Assembly (NCBI GenBank): GCA_027021445.1
Contig: JALUUH010000227.1
Coordinates: 5,738-69,737, forward strand
Direction of reading: 5' to 3'
Length of the DNA: 64,000 nucleotides
Source of the DNA: Gammaproteobacteria bacterium
GTDB lineage: Bacteria; Pseudomonadota; Gammaproteobacteria; S012-40
Every line of letters begins with the position of its first letter. Position 1 is the first letter of the stretch. The notes below the pieces were generated by a model. That model was not told the origin of the DNA. It did not search any database and was given only the letters and a program-made list of their open reading frames with translations. Shown here in pieces: positions 1 to 14,109 of the stretch. The position numbers and the translations under genes were made by a program.

Positions 1-1789
1 CTACCTTTCTACCATTGGTATCCGTTAACGTTCCATGATCCATGACTTGTAACAATAAATTGAAAACATCTGGATGTGCTTTTTCAATTTCATCCAGCAA
101 CAAAACAGCATGTGGTGCCTTATTAACAGCTTCTGTCAGTAATCCACCTTGGTCATAGCCTACATAGCCTGGTGGCGCTCCAATCAAGCGAGAGACCGTA
201 TGACGCTCCATATATTCAGACATATCAAACCTGATAAGCTCAATACCTAAAGCAAGAGCCAACTGCCGAGTCACCTCGGTCTTACCTACGCCCGTCGGCC
301 CCGCAAATAAGAAAGAACCTATCGGTTTATCTTCACTACCTAAACCTGAACGTGCCAATTTAATAGCAGTTGATAGATTTTCAATGGCGGCATCTTGTCC
401 ATAGACAACCATCTTGAGGTTGCGATCTAAATTTTTCAATAACTCAGTATCAGAACGTGAAACTTGTTTCGGAGGAATTCTAGCCATTTTAGAAATAATC
501 ACTTCGACATCATGAATTCCAATGGTCTTTTTACGTTTTGACGGCGCTAATAAACGCTGAAAAGCACCTGCTTCATCAATAACATCAATTGCCTTATCCG
601 GTAAATGCCGATCAGTAATATAACGATCGGCTAGTTCTGCGGCAGTGGTTAGCGCTTGGCGGGTATATCTAACTTCATGATGCTCCTCAAACCTCGATTT
701 AAGCCCGTTTAAAATCTGAATGGTTTCTTCGACACTCGGTTCGTTTACATCGATTTTTTGAAAACGTCGCGCTAAGGCACGATCTTTTTCAAAAATTCCC
801 CGATACTCTTGATAAGTGGTAGAACCTACACATTTTAGTTGACCTGATGCAAGCATTGGTTTTATCAAGTTAGAGGCATCCATCACCCCACCTGATGCAG
901 AACCAGCACCAATAATCGTATGAATTTCATCAATGAATAAAACCGCATTTTCTTCTTTTAATAATTGTCCAAGCAGTGCTTTTAATCTTTTCTCAAAATC
1001 ACCACGATATTTAGTACCCGCTAACAAAGCGCCGAGATCCAATGAATAAACGACTCCCGTGCTTAAAACCTCAGGCACTTCACCGTCAACAATTTTTTTC
1101 GCCAAACCTTCTGCGATAGCCGTTTTTCCTACCCCTGCTTCGCCGACATAAAGAGGGTTGTTTTTCCTGCGCCGACAAAGAATTTGAATAGTACGTTCCA
1201 CTTCATCTTTGCGACCTATCAAGGGATCAATTTTCCCCATTTTCGCTTGTTCATTTAAATTAATAGCATAGCTTTCGAGTGGACTCTTCGCCGGTGTTTC
1301 ACCACCTGCCTCCTCTTCCACTGCAGGAGATATACTATGGGAGTCGTCCTCGCCTGCTACCTTGGATATGCCATGTGAAATAAAATTAACAATATCTAAG
1401 CGCGTGACGCTTTGTTTGTTCAGTAAATACACCGCTTGGGATTCTTGTTCACTAAAAATAGCCACTAAAACATTGGCACCAGTGACTTCTTTTTTTCCCG
1501 AAGACTGGACTTGAAACACTGCACGTTGCAGTACTCGTTGAAAACCTAAGGTAGGCTGGGTTTCCCTATCATCTTCACCGATTAAATGAGGAGTCGTCTC
1601 ATCAACAAATACAGATAACTCGTTTTTTAGAGAAGTAATATCCGTTCCACAAGCCTTTAACACCACTGAGGCTGCGGGATTATCTACCAATGCTAACAGC
1701 AAATGTTCAACCGTTACAAATTCATGCCTCTTCTCTCGCGCTTCTTTAAAAGCTTGATTTAAGGTAAATTCAAGTTCTTTGCTTATCAT
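1..1789 (-). CDS. clpA: ATP-dependent Clp protease ATP-binding subunit ClpA (C-terminus cut by window edge)
   Basis: Reverse-strand ORF runs off the window start and is absent from the ORF track for that reason. Translation begins [24 protein letters not shown] and contains two Walker A motifs ([16 protein letters not shown]). It lies downstream of clpS as in E. coli. Confidence 0.95.
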   Translation of the reverse strand, partial: MISKELEFTLNQAFKEAREKRHEFVTVEHLLLALVDNPAASVVLKACGTDITSLKNELSVFVDETTPHLIGEDDRETQPTLGFQRVLQRAVFQVQSSGKKEVTGANVLVAIFSEQESQAVYLLNKQSVTRLDIVNFISHGISKVAGEDDSHSISPAVEEEAGGETPAKSPLESYAINLNEQAKMGKIDPLIGRKDEVERTIQILCRRRKNNPLYVGEAGVGKTAIAEGLAKKIVDGEVPEVLSTGVVYSLDLGALLAGTKYRGDFEKRLKALLGQLLKEENAVLFIDEIHTIIGAGSASGGVMDASNLIKPMLASGQLKCVGSTTYQEYRGIFEKDRALARRFQKIDVNEPSVEETIQILNGLKSRFEEHHEVRYTRQALTTAAELADRYITDRHLPDKAIDVIDEAGAFQRLLAPSKRKKTIGIHDVEVIISKMARIPPKQVSRSDTELLKNLDRNLKMVVYGQDAAIENLSTAIKLARSGLGSEDKPIGSFLFAGPTGVGKTEVTRQLALALGIELIRFDMSEYMERHTVSRLIGAPPGYVGYDQGGLLTEAVNKAPHAVLLLDEIEKAHPDVFNLLLQVMDHGTLTDTNGRKV

Positions 1790-1813
1790 AATTATCGTTT
1801 CACTTCAGGGGGA

Positions 1814-2134
1814 TTAAGCCTGCTCCATAGTACACATTAAAGGGTGATTACTGTGCTTAGCGTACTCACATACCTGATTGACTTTGGTCTCAGCTATTTC
1901 GCGGGTATACAAACCACACACCGCTTTACCTTCTTTATGCACCTGCAACATAAGTTGCGTAGCCTTTTCCCTGTTATGCCCAAAAAAAGCTTCCAGTACT
2001 CGAATAACAAACTCCATTGGAGTAAAATCGTCATTCAGCAACACTACCTTGTATAAGGGAGGCTTTTTAAGCTTCGGCTTAGCTTCCTGAACATCTAGAT
2101 CGCTATCGCCTTCAATGTATTTTTCGTCACTCAT
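1814..2134 (-). CDS. clpS: Clp protease adaptor ClpS
   Basis: 106 aa with the typical core [24 protein letters not shown]. Sits immediately upstream of clpA. Confidence 0.95.
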   Translation of the reverse strand: MSDEKYIEGDSDLDVQEAKPKLKKPPLYKVVLLNDDFTPMEFVIRVLEAFFGHNREKATQLMLQVHKEGKAVCGLYTREIAETKVNQVCEYAKHSNHPLMCTMEQA

Positions 2135-2504
2135 CGCTATTTAGTTTAATTCATATTACATGTTTTTTTAATATTACAGCCCAAAATTGATGAAAACACC
2201 TCTTTTCAAGCCAATCGCCTTTGTTCTAACCCGGTTATTTTGCAGAACCGAAACCCGGTTAAGAACGATTCATTTTACCTAAATACTGATGTTTATGCCT
2301 CCTATAAATATCTCTTATAGAAATAAAGGAATTTATAATAGTTTTACTTAAACACAATAAAACTCTTGACTATTCTAGAAAAGTGTATTCTAGTCATTCA
2401 TTGCAGTTAAAATAACATTAATAAAGAAGCCGCTGCTTACGTTAGCCAATAATAACAATATGGCTAACGACTGAAAGCAACATAAATAGCAGGGAGAAAC
2501 TACA

Positions 2505-2753
2505 ATGACTAGCGGGATAGTAAAGTGGTTCAATAACGCAAAAGGATATGGTTTTATTTCCCCAGAAGGAGGAGGAACCGATGTATTTGTGCATTTTAGC
2601 GCCATTGAAATGGAAGGCTATAAAACACTAAAACAAGGCCAAAAAGTAGGATTTGACTTAATCGATGGTCCGCGAGGCCTGCAAGCGGTCAAAATCAGAT
2701 CCCACAGTCATGATGAAGAACCATTAGAAACCGACATGGAAGCCCCTGCTTAG
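2505..2753 (+). CDS. cspD: Cold-shock domain protein, CspD-like
   Basis: [15 protein letters not shown] and DVFVHFS RNP motifs. Divergent from clpS as in E. coli cspD-clpS-clpA. Confidence 0.9.
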   Translation: MTSGIVKWFNNAKGYGFISPEGGGTDVFVHFSAIEMEGYKTLKQGQKVGFDLIDGPRGLQAVKIRSHSHDEEPLETDMEAPA

Positions 2754-2781
2754 TTTCGACAATAGGCTTTAAACATCTCAA

Positions 2782-2895
2782 AGAGGCTGTCCGAGAACAG
2801 GCTAGACTACTGCGAACAAGCCTGGTTGCGTACATTTCTCGATCACAACATTAAATAGCGACGGCTATTCGCCTCATTTGATCGAAAAATCTACG
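2782..2895. repeat. MITE-like intergenic repeat, partial copy (left TIR plus module A plus core)
   Basis: Starts AGAGGCTGTCCGAGAACAGGCTAGACTACTGCGAACAAGCC and contains the core CTATTCGCCTCATTTGATCGAAAAAT. Matches 35048-35127, 47133-47207 and 50701-50757. Ends directly against the icd stop codon. Confidence 0.8.
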
Positions 2896-4167
2896 CTAAT
2901 CAGGCTTGCTCTTTAGATGCTTAATTATTTCTGCGCCAAAAGCAGAACACGAAACTTTGTTTGCTTCCGGCATTAGACGTGCGAAATCATAGGTTACATT
3001 TTTTGCCGCGATGGCTTCCGACATTCCTTGCACAATTAAGTCAGCGGCTTCTATCCACCCAAGATGGCGCAACATCATTTCGGCAGACAAAATAAGTGAA
3101 CCAGGATTAACTTGGTTCTTACCTGCATATTTGGGCGCCGTTCCATGCGTCGCTTCAAACACTGCAATAGAATCCGATAGATTCGCACCAGGCGCAATAC
3201 CAATACCTCCAACTTGTGCCGCAAGAGCATCTGAAACATAGTCGCCGTTAAGATTCAATGTGGCAATAACACTGTATTCAGAGGGTCTTAATAGAATTTG
3301 CTGTAAGAAGGCATCGGCAATCACATCTTTAATGATAATATCACTACCGGTATTTGGGTTTTTGATGACACACCAAGGACCAGCATCAATCTCAGTTGCG
3401 CCAAATTCTTTTTTCGCGAGTTCATAGCCCCAGTTTTTAAAAGCACCTTCGGTAAATTTCATAATATTGCCTTTATGAACCAAGGTTACCGAATCTTTCT
3501 CGTTATCGATTGCGTACTGAATAGCCTTTCTTACTAGTCGGGAAGTGCCTTCACTAGAAACCGGTTTAATTCCAATACCTGAGGTATTAGGGAAACGGAT
3601 TTTCTTGACTCCGAGCTCGTTTTGCATGAAATCAATAATTTTTTTGACTTCAGGAGTCCCTTGCTCCCACTCAACACCAGCGTAAATATCTTCAGAGTTT
3701 TCACGAAAAATCACCATATTGGTTTTTTCTGGCTCTTTCAGCGGGCTCGGAGTGCCCGCATAATAGCGCACTGGCCTGAGACAGGTGTACAAATCAAGCT
3801 CCTGGCGTAATGCCACATTTAACGATCGAATACCGCCACCCACGGGGGTTGTTAACGGGCCTTTAATACCCACAGAGAAATCTTTCAATGCAGCGAGAGT
3901 TTCTGATGGTAGCCAAGTATCCCGGTTGTACACGGTGGTGGCCTTTTCACCCGCATATACTTCCATCCAAGCTATACCACGCTTTCCTTGATAGGCTTGC
4001 TTAACAGCAGCATCAACCACTTCACGCATCACCGGTGTAATATCAACACCAATTCCATCACCTTCGATAAAAGGGACAATAGGATTGGCCGGAACATTGA
4101 GCGAATTATCATCATTTATTGTGATTTTTTCGCCGTTTTCCGGAACTTGAATATGTTGATATGACAT
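2896..4167 (-). CDS. icd: NADP-dependent isocitrate dehydrogenase
   Basis: 423 aa, Icd-like over its full length (e.g. [33 protein letters not shown]). Confidence 0.95.
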   Translation of the reverse strand: MSYQHIQVPENGEKITINDDNSLNVPANPIVPFIEGDGIGVDITPVMREVVDAAVKQAYQGKRGIAWMEVYAGEKATTVYNRDTWLPSETLAALKDFSVGIKGPLTTPVGGGIRSLNVALRQELDLYTCLRPVRYYAGTPSPLKEPEKTNMVIFRENSEDIYAGVEWEQGTPEVKKIIDFMQNELGVKKIRFPNTSGIGIKPVSSEGTSRLVRKAIQYAIDNEKDSVTLVHKGNIMKFTEGAFKNWGYELAKKEFGATEIDAGPWCVIKNPNTGSDIIIKDVIADAFLQQILLRPSEYSVIATLNLNGDYVSDALAAQVGGIGIAPGANLSDSIAVFEATHGTAPKYAGKNQVNPGSLILSAEMMLRHLGWIEAADLIVQGMSEAIAAKNVTYDFARLMPEANKVSCSAFGAEIIKHLKSKPD

Positions 4168-4362
4168 AGTTTCTCCAAATAATAATGTTTTAATGCCTAG
4201 AGGGGGTGTTAATATATTTTACGTTCAAAAAGCCACTAATTTTAAACAATTACGTTTTCCAATACTACTTACTTATTTTAAATTACACTTAAATACCCCT
4301 ATTTACATGAAAAACCAGTTTATTTGGTCCTTTATATTCCTTCTGCAAATACTGTAAGAGAC

Positions 4363-4383
4363 TATTCTCGGACAGACTCCTAG
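4363..4383. repeat. Solo terminal inverted repeat of the MITE-like family
   Basis: TATTCTCGGACAGACTCCTAG matches the right end TCTATTCTCGGACAGGCTCCTAG of the 35128-35294 element with one mismatch. Confidence 0.6.
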
Positions 4384-4449
4384 TTGATATAATCAAGATC
4401 GTCTAACTAAAATAGCTCCTTAAAAATATATAAACGTTGTTGTCAATTC

Positions 4450-5562
4450 GTGAAAAATTCCATTCCTAAAATTATAGTCGGTCTATCGGGTGGCGTAGAT
4501 TCCTCAGTCACTGCTTTGCTTCTCAAAAACCAAGGCTTTGACGTCTCCGCGATGTTTATGAAAAACTGGGTTGATCTGCAAATCGAAGAAGACCAGTGCA
4601 GCTCTGCACAAGACCTGCAAGATGCAAAAAAAATTAGTCAAACTTTAGCGATAGAATTTCATTCTGTCAATTATGCCCCTGAATATTGGGACAGGGTTTT
4701 TACGCATTTTTTAGATGAATACAAGGCCGGTAGAACACCAAACCCCGATGTATTATGCAATAAAGAAATTAAATTTGACGTATTTCTCAAAGAAGCACTC
4801 TCTTTAGGCGCTGAAAAAATTGCAACCGGTCATTATGCAAGAGTCACAGAAGAAAACGGAAAATATAGTTTATTAAAAGCAATAGATATCAATAAAGACC
4901 AGTCGTATTTTCTCCATGCTCTCAATCAAGAGCAATTATCCCATGCCTTATTTCCTTTAGGAGAGATGCTAAAACCAGAAGTTCGAGAATTAGCAAAAAG
5001 CATGAAACTTAAAACCCACGATAAAAAAGACAGTACAGGAATTTGCTTTATTGGAGAAAAAAATTTCACTCAATTTCTGTCTCAGTTTTTACCCGCACAA
5101 CCCGGAGAAATGCAAACACCCGAAGGAAAAGTGATTGCCATCCATCAAGGACTCATGTATTACACATTAGGACAACGTAAGGGCTTAGGAATCGGTGGAT
5201 TAAATTTCTCAGAAAGTGAAGAACCCTGGTACGTCATAGGTAAACGCATAAAAGAAAATGTCTTGGTCATCGCCCAGGGTCACAATCATCCGTTACTTTT
5301 TAGTAGCAAGTTAGAGGCAATAGAGGTAAATTGGATTTCGGGCGAATTGCCCTCTTTACCATTACAATGTAGTGCTAAAACGCGTTATCGACAAATAGAC
5401 CAAGACTGCATCATTACTCCAGTAGAGCACGACCGCTATACTGTTGAATTTATTCAAGCCCAACGAGCAGTCACGCCCGGTCAATATGTTGTGTTTTATG
5501 ATGGCGACAACTGCCTAGGTGGCGGAGTCATTGATAAAGTACCGGAAATAATATATCAATAA
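4450..5562 (+). CDS. mnmA: tRNA 2-thiouridine(34) synthase MnmA
   Basis: GTG start. Has the PP-loop VGLSGGVDSSV and MnmA-like sequence throughout. Followed by hflD and purB as in E. coli. Confidence 0.95.
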   Translation: MKNSIPKIIVGLSGGVDSSVTALLLKNQGFDVSAMFMKNWVDLQIEEDQCSSAQDLQDAKKISQTLAIEFHSVNYAPEYWDRVFTHFLDEYKAGRTPNPDVLCNKEIKFDVFLKEALSLGAEKIATGHYARVTEENGKYSLLKAIDINKDQSYFLHALNQEQLSHALFPLGEMLKPEVRELAKSMKLKTHDKKDSTGICFIGEKNFTQFLSQFLPAQPGEMQTPEGKVIAIHQGLMYYTLGQRKGLGIGGLNFSESEEPWYVIGKRIKENVLVIAQGHNHPLLFSSKLEAIEVNWISGELPSLPLQCSAKTRYRQIDQDCIITPVEHDRYTVEFIQAQRAVTPGQYVVFYDGDNCLGGGVIDKVPEIIYQ

Positions 5563-5579
5563 GGTTAATATAAAATAAG

Positions 5580-6197
5580 ATGTCTTATACAGAAAAAGTA
5601 ATCGCAATGGCGAGTATGTTTCAAGCCGGAAGTCTAGTCCGCGATGTCGCACGAACAGGCCAATGTGATACCACGGGCTTTGAAACCGCAATTAAGAGTA
5701 TCATTAATTCAAATGCCAAATCTACAGAAGATGTCTATGGTGGAATCGCCAATTTAGAAACTGGATTAAGAATGATGTCTACAATGTTTAATCGAGAAAA
5801 TAAAGAACGTGATATGGAAATATCTCGTTATGTTCTAGGAATCATTGTACTAGAAAAACAACTCACAAAAAATAAAACACTCTTTGCAAAATTGGGGGCT
5901 GGCATAGAACGGGCCGAGGCGCAAACTGAGAGTTTTTCAATCACCCATGAAAACATTGTTGCAAATCTTGCTGATACCTATGCAGAAACCATTAGTACTC
6001 TAAAACCACGAATTATCGTATCAGGGGAACAAATGCATTTAACAAACCCTGCAAATGCAAACAAAATACGCGCCTTACTATTTGCAATAATGCGCTCAGC
6101 CGTGCTTTGGAAACAAAAAGGCGGAACTCGAATGATGTTTTTATTCGGACGAGCAAAAATACAAAAAGAAGCATTGCGTTTATTGAATCAGATTTAA
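5580..6197 (+). CDS. hflD: High frequency of lysogenization protein HflD
   Basis: 205 aa. The position after mnmA and the N-terminus (AMASMFQAGSLVRDVARTG) fit HflD. Confidence 0.85.
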   Translation: MSYTEKVIAMASMFQAGSLVRDVARTGQCDTTGFETAIKSIINSNAKSTEDVYGGIANLETGLRMMSTMFNRENKERDMEISRYVLGIIVLEKQLTKNKTLFAKLGAGIERAEAQTESFSITHENIVANLADTYAETISTLKPRIIVSGEQMHLTNPANANKIRALLFAIMRSAVLWKQKGGTRMMFLFGRAKIQKEALRLLNQI

Positions 6198-6215
6198 CGC
6201 TGGCACCTCATCAAC

Positions 6216-6374
6216 CTAGGAACCAATCCGAGAATAGAAATCGTAGCGAAGGAACGTTATTTAGAACCCATTTTTTCGACTAAATGAGGCGAATAGTGAG
6301 CTTTATTTAACGAATTTATTCAAAAAAATGGGCCAAAATAGACTGACCTGCTGCGAATAAACCTGATTGCGTAG
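6216..6374. repeat. MITE-like repeat, inverted orientation, right end replaced by module A sequence
   Basis: CTAGGAACCAATCCGAGAATAGAAATCGTAGCGAAGG...AATGAGGCGAATAG... aligns to the reverse complement of 35128-35294. It ends in GACTGACCTGCTGCGAATAAACCTGATTGCGTA, which matches 50721-50750. Confidence 0.8.
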
Positions 6375-6389
6375 TGTTCTTTACAAAAT

Positions 6390-8951
6390 TTATAACTCTG
6401 GAATGATCGGTATCACTTTTGCAGCAACAGACACATAGTCTTCCATTTCATGAAAATTCATGTAACGGTAAATATTGTCCGATACAGGTGCTATTTTTTC
6501 TACGTATTGCTGATATTCGTCAACCGTTGGAATTCTTCCTAAACGTGCAGCAACTGCCGCAAGCTCTGCCGAGGAAAGATAAACATTGGCATCTTTACCT
6601 AATCGATTGGGAAAGTTACGTGTAGAGGTAGACATGACGGTTGCATTATCCTTAACTCTTGCCTGATTACCCATACACAAAGAGCAACCTGGCAATTCCA
6701 TACGTGCACCTGCTTTTCCAAATATGGAATAATAACCTTCTTCGGTGAGTTGGTGTTGATCCATTTTAGTGGGAGGTGCTATCCACAAACGTGTGGGCAC
6801 ATTGACAACATCATCAAGTACTTTTCCAGCAGCTCGATAATGCCCTATATTCGTCATACATGAACCAATAAACACCTCGTCAATTTTTTCTCCTGCTACT
6901 GCTGATATCGGCTTAACATCATCAGGGTCGTTCGGACAACAAACCAAAGGCTCTGTAATCTCAGCTAAATCAATTTCGATAACCTCAGCATATTCAGCGT
7001 CAGCATCGCGTTCTAAAAGTAAAGGGTCTGACAACCAAGCCTGCATACCTTCTATACGCCGCTGTAATGTTCGCGCATCTGCATAATCATTTGCAATCAT
7101 CCACTGCAACAAGGTGATGTTAGACCTTAAGTACTCTTTCACAGACTCTATGCCTAGCTTCACCGTACAGCCATTTGCAGAACGTTCTGCGGAGGCATCG
7201 GCTAATTCAAAAGCTTGTTCAACTTTTAAATGATCCAAGCCTTCAATCTCTAATACACGCCCAGAAAATATATTTTTCTTAGCAGCTTTTTCTACCGTGA
7301 GTAAGCCTTTTTGAATCGCAATATAAGGTATTGCATGAACTAGGTCACGCAAGGTAATGCCTGTTTGCATTTTTCCTTTGAAACGCACAAGCACCGATTC
7401 AGGCATATCCAAGGGCATAACCCCTAGCGCCGCCGCAAATGCCACTAAACCAGAACCTGCAGGAAAACTAATTCCCAGAGGAAAACGAGTATGTGAATCA
7501 CCGCCGGTACCAACGGTATCGGGTAATAACATTCTATTCAACCATGAGTGAATTATTCCATCACCAGGTCGTAGCGACACACCACCACGTGTTTGAATAA
7601 AATCGGGTAAGCTATGCTGTAAATTAATGTCAACAGGTTTTGGATATGCCGCAGTGTGACAAAAACTTTGCATGACAAGATCTGCTGAAAACCCTAAACA
7701 GGCGAGTTCTTTCAATTCATCTCGAGTCATTGCTCCGGTGGTATCTTGTGAACCCACCGTGGTAATACGAGGTTCGCAATAAGTTCCAGGACGTACACCC
7801 GACACTCCACATGCTTGCCCAACCATTTTTTGAGCTAAGGTAAACCCTTGGTTTGAATCCGCAGGAGCAACCGGACGTAAAAAAATGTCGGAAGGCTGCA
7901 AGCCTAAGGCCTTGCGTGTGCGATCGGTTAATGATCGCCCGATGATTAGCGGAATACGACCACCGGCTCTTATTTCATCAGGCATCGTAGTAGGACGCAG
8001 ATTGAATTTAGCGAGAATATTATTTTTTTCATCCAGCACGATGCCATCATACGGTTTGATTTTTATCACATCACCCATGTTGAGCTTAGCAACATCTAAT
8101 TCAATCGGTAGTGCGCCTGAGTCTTCAGCCGTATTGAAAAATATCGGTGCTATTTGTCCTCCCAAGATAACGCCACCTTGGCGTTTATTAGGTACAAATG
8201 GAATGTCCTGACCCATATGCCATAACACCGAATTAATCGCAGACTTTCTTGACGAGCCCGTACCCACAACATCGCCAACATAGGCCAAGGGATAACCCTT
8301 GTTTTTAAGCTCGGTAATTTTTTCTAATGCGCCGGGCATTTTACTCATTAACATTGCCTTGGCATGTAGTGGAATATCAGGACGTGACCATGCTTCAGAA
8401 GCAGGAGACAAGTCATCAGTATTAGTTTCACCGGGAACCTTAAATACCGTTACCATAATCTCTTGCGGCAGCGCATCACGTTGCATAAACCAATCAGCAT
8501 TCGCCCAGGCATCAACGGTTTGCTTGGCAAATTTATTGGTTTTTGCTTTTTCGAAAACATCATGGTGGGCATCAAAAACGAGTAAGGTTTTTGACAGTGC
8601 CGCAGCAGCAATAGGCGCGAGAGCGTCATTATCTAGACATGCAATTAGCGCCTGAATATTGTAGCCACCTAACATCGTTCCTAATAACTCTGTGGCCTTT
8701 TTAGCATCAATCAAGGGGCTTGCCGTTTCGCCCTTAGTAATCGCTGCAAGAAAACCCGCCTTAACATAAGCAGATTGATCCACCCCGGCGGGAACCCGGT
8801 TAATCAATAAATTTAAAAGGTATTCTTCTTTGCCCTTAGGTGGATTTTTGAGAAGCTCAAGCAATTCCGATGTTTGTTGCGCCCCCAGAGGAAGCGGCGG
8901 CAAGCCTTGATTATTACGCTCTTTAACATGCTCTAAATAGGCTTCTAGCAC
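6390..8951 (-). CDS. acnB: Aconitate hydratase B / 2-methylisocitrate dehydratase
   Basis: 853 aa with an AcnB-type N-terminus ([22 protein letters not shown]) and Fe-S ligand regions ([14 protein letters not shown]). Confidence 0.95.
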   Translation of the reverse strand: MLEAYLEHVKERNNQGLPPLPLGAQQTSELLELLKNPPKGKEEYLLNLLINRVPAGVDQSAYVKAGFLAAITKGETASPLIDAKKATELLGTMLGGYNIQALIACLDNDALAPIAAAALSKTLLVFDAHHDVFEKAKTNKFAKQTVDAWANADWFMQRDALPQEIMVTVFKVPGETNTDDLSPASEAWSRPDIPLHAKAMLMSKMPGALEKITELKNKGYPLAYVGDVVGTGSSRKSAINSVLWHMGQDIPFVPNKRQGGVILGGQIAPIFFNTAEDSGALPIELDVAKLNMGDVIKIKPYDGIVLDEKNNILAKFNLRPTTMPDEIRAGGRIPLIIGRSLTDRTRKALGLQPSDIFLRPVAPADSNQGFTLAQKMVGQACGVSGVRPGTYCEPRITTVGSQDTTGAMTRDELKELACLGFSADLVMQSFCHTAAYPKPVDINLQHSLPDFIQTRGGVSLRPGDGIIHSWLNRMLLPDTVGTGGDSHTRFPLGISFPAGSGLVAFAAALGVMPLDMPESVLVRFKGKMQTGITLRDLVHAIPYIAIQKGLLTVEKAAKKNIFSGRVLEIEGLDHLKVEQAFELADASAERSANGCTVKLGIESVKEYLRSNITLLQWMIANDYADARTLQRRIEGMQAWLSDPLLLERDADAEYAEVIEIDLAEITEPLVCCPNDPDDVKPISAVAGEKIDEVFIGSCMTNIGHYRAAGKVLDDVVNVPTRLWIAPPTKMDQHQLTEEGYYSIFGKAGARMELPGCSLCMGNQARVKDNATVMSTSTRNFPNRLGKDANVYLSSAELAAVAARLGRIPTVDEYQQYVEKIAPVSDNIYRYMNFHEMEDYVSVAAKVIPIIPEL

Positions 8952-9195
8952 TTTTCACCTCATTCATAATAGATTTAGTCATTATAACGACCAATTAGGT
9001 ATCTACCCAAAGCGTTATAAATATTCGGTATAAACAATAATTTGCGGCTATTTTACCGAATTTTCAAAAAATTAAACACATTTGGGTAATGCACAGCCGT
9101 TTTAATGGCTAAATTATTATTCACTGATTATTTTACAGCATCCACGCAAACTAACGGAACAGAAGTGTTTTTTTATGTAAAATACACCCATCTGA

Positions 9196-11653
<2,458 letters not shown>

Positions 11654-11675
11654 TTCAGTTTTAGAGAGATATTTA

Positions 11676-12566
11676 ATGCGTTCAGCAAAACTGCAAGCAG
11701 CCTGTATTCAACACGAATGTGTTGCGGAAATAAATACTAATATTAATATATGCAAACACAATATTGAAATCGCCGCAAAAAAAGGCGCAAAGCTTATTGT
11801 GCTGCAAGAGCTACATAATAGCCTGTATTTTTGTCAGTCAGAAAACCCCAAAAATTTTGATCTTGCTGAAGAAATTCCCGGCCCTATAACAGACATCTAT
11901 TCCAGCTTAGCCAAACAATTCAATGTCGTTATTGTATGCTCATTATTCGAGAAACGTGCGGTTGGTCTGTATCACAATACTGCAGTTGTTTTTGATACCG
12001 ATGGAAGCATCGCAGGGCTGTACCGAAAAATGCACATCCCCGATGACCCAGGATATTATGAAAAATACTATTTTACCCCTGGCGACTTAGGATTTGAGCC
12101 CATCCCCACATCGATAGGAAAAATAGGTGTATTAATATGCTGGGATCAATGGTTTCCTGAGGCAGCACGCTTGATGGCGTTAGCGGGAGCCGATCTATTA
12201 GTATATCCAACAGCAATCGGTTGGGATCGCAGCGACAACGAAGCAGAGCAATTAAAGCAACTTAATGCATGGACAACGATACAACGAGCACATGCAATCA
12301 GTAATAACTTGCCGGTAATAGTCGCAAATCGAAGTGGCTATGAAAGCGATACGTCTAAGCAAACGTCTGGAATTAAATTCTGGGGTTCAAGTTTTATCGC
12401 TGGCCCACAAGGTGAATTTCTTGCTCATGCAAACGCAACAGATGAAGCTATTTTAAGCGCTGAACTCGATCTATCTGCAACCGAAAACATACGTCGAAAT
12501 TGGCCATTTTTGCGCGACCGAAGAATTGATCATTATTTTGATTTAGTTCGCCGATTTCTCAACTAA
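11676..12566 (+). CDS. aguB: N-carbamoylputrescine amidase (CN-hydrolase family)
   Basis: Nitrilase-superfamily E-K-C landmarks (VLQELHN, YRKMHIP, VLICWDQWFPE). Paired with aguA. Confidence 0.85.
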   Translation: MRSAKLQAACIQHECVAEINTNINICKHNIEIAAKKGAKLIVLQELHNSLYFCQSENPKNFDLAEEIPGPITDIYSSLAKQFNVVIVCSLFEKRAVGLYHNTAVVFDTDGSIAGLYRKMHIPDDPGYYEKYYFTPGDLGFEPIPTSIGKIGVLICWDQWFPEAARLMALAGADLLVYPTAIGWDRSDNEAEQLKQLNAWTTIQRAHAISNNLPVIVANRSGYESDTSKQTSGIKFWGSSFIAGPQGEFLAHANATDEAILSAELDLSATENIRRNWPFLRDRRIDHYFDLVRRFLN

Positions 12567-12636
12567 GAAACGCCTGTTTGAGGTAAAATTTAACAACCTG
12601 AAAAGTCAACAGCGCTCTTATTAAAAAGGAAAACCA

Positions 12637-13767
12637 ATGATACTTATTTTGCACCCAAATACGTCGAGCACTAGCGATGAATACCAACAACTTCAGCAGT
12701 TTTTAGCTCAATTACCCAAAATAAAAACCCAAACTCACGAAGTAAAAGGTGCTCAGCAAACGCTAACCGAGATTTATTTAATCGGCGACACTGCAAGTCT
12801 TGTCCTTGAAGATATGAAAGATCTGCCAACGGTTGAGCGAGTCATACGTATTTCTGATGATTATCGAATATTGGGGCGACATAAAGACGATAAACGAGCA
12901 AGTTCTTTTGCCTACAATGGTGTTACTTTTAGTCAAGATAATCTGCATATATTTGCCGGACTATGCGCTGTAGACAATAAAGAACATGTCGAAAAAATGA
13001 TGCAAGCATTGCAAAGTCAAGGTCAGGTATGTGCACGCATGGGAGCGTACAAGCCCCGATCTAACCCCTATTCATTTCAGGGACATGGGAAAAACTGCCT
13101 TCCTTACGTATTCGAGCTAGCAGGTAAATACGATATTAAAGTCATTGCGATGGAAATCACGCATGACAGCCATATCCAAGAGATCAACCAAGCGTTGCAA
13201 CAAACAGGTCATCCTACGGGTGTTATGCTACAAATCGGCACCCGGAACACACAAAATTTTGAATTACTCAAAGCCGCAGGCAAGCAAACGAATTATCCCA
13301 TACTGCTCAAAAGAGGATTTGGAATCACCCTTGAAGAATCTTTGAATGCAGCGGAATACCTCGCCAGCGAAGGAAATTCAAATGTCATATTTGCATTGCG
13401 CGGCATGAAAACAAATATGGGTGATCCGCATCGCAACTTCATCGACTTTGCACAAGTACCCGTCGTTAAGCGCTTAACACGGATGCCTGTATGCATTGAT
13501 CCTTCACACTCCGTAGGCAGTCGAGAAACCTCACCTGACAATATCATGGACGTATTCCATGTTACCGCCCAAGGAATCATTGCCGGCGCTAATATGGTTC
13601 TCGTCGATTTCCACCCCCATCCTAGCAGCGCTTTAGTAGATGGTCCCCAAGCATTACGGCTCAATGAATTACCTTATTTTATAGAAGATTGTGTCATTGC
13701 TCGTGAAGCCTACGAAAAAAGAAAGAAGTTAAACATACGCTTTCAAAAAGAATCTGCGATTGTGTGA
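12637..13767 (+). CDS. 3-deoxy-7-phosphoheptulonate (DAHP) synthase, type I-beta, with an N-terminal regulatory-type extension
   Basis: KPRSNPYSFQGHG and CIDPSHS motifs. An extra region of about 90 aa precedes the catalytic barrel. Confidence 0.85.
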   Translation: MILILHPNTSSTSDEYQQLQQFLAQLPKIKTQTHEVKGAQQTLTEIYLIGDTASLVLEDMKDLPTVERVIRISDDYRILGRHKDDKRASSFAYNGVTFSQDNLHIFAGLCAVDNKEHVEKMMQALQSQGQVCARMGAYKPRSNPYSFQGHGKNCLPYVFELAGKYDIKVIAMEITHDSHIQEINQALQQTGHPTGVMLQIGTRNTQNFELLKAAGKQTNYPILLKRGFGITLEESLNAAEYLASEGNSNVIFALRGMKTNMGDPHRNFIDFAQVPVVKRLTRMPVCIDPSHSVGSRETSPDNIMDVFHVTAQGIIAGANMVLVDFHPHPSSALVDGPQALRLNELPYFIEDCVIAREAYEKRKKLNIRFQKESAIV

Positions 13768-13822
13768 ATTAGATCTAAAACTACAAACGTGATACATCTT
13801 AAGACTGTTCCTACGCACTCAC

Positions 13823-14026
13823 TTAACCGGCTTGCACCGTAGAAATAGCGCGCTTAAATACAACCTGTGAACTACCGTTATTCAGCTCAATCGAATATTG
13901 ATCAAAATTAACTATTTTTCCAACAAGCTTGATTCCACTAATTAAAAAAATATGCACTTGTGCCTTGTCATCTTGTAGTTGCTGTAAAAACCCATCTTGC
14001 AATACTTTTGATTGATTTTTTCGCAT
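13823..14026 (-). CDS. hfq: Hfq-like Sm-fold RNA chaperone paralogue (67 aa, no C-terminal tail)
   Basis: Aligns by eye to E. coli Hfq residues 5-64: LQDGFL..VHIFLISGIKLVGKIVNFDQYSIEL...QVVFKRAISTV. An AGGAG RBS lies 5 nt upstream of the ATG. Confidence 0.8.
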   Translation of the reverse strand: MRKNQSKVLQDGFLQQLQDDKAQVHIFLISGIKLVGKIVNFDQYSIELNNGSSQVVFKRAISTVQAG

Positions 14027-14109
14027 AAAAACTCCTAATTAATCTAGCCGACAGTCACATTCTAAGTTAAATTCATTTATATAAATAGTGTAGCTATATC
14101 AAGACAGTT

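Noticed and set aside
2366-2400. TTGACT-containing putative promoter for cspD
   Set aside because: A -35-like hexamer is present, but I could not pair it with a convincing -10 at correct spacing, so it is not reported as a feature.
9144-9159. PurR-box-like sequence ACGCAAACTAACGGAA upstream of purB
   Set aside because: Only the left half-site matches the E. coli PurR operator consensus (ACGCAAAC). The right half does not, which is too weak to call.
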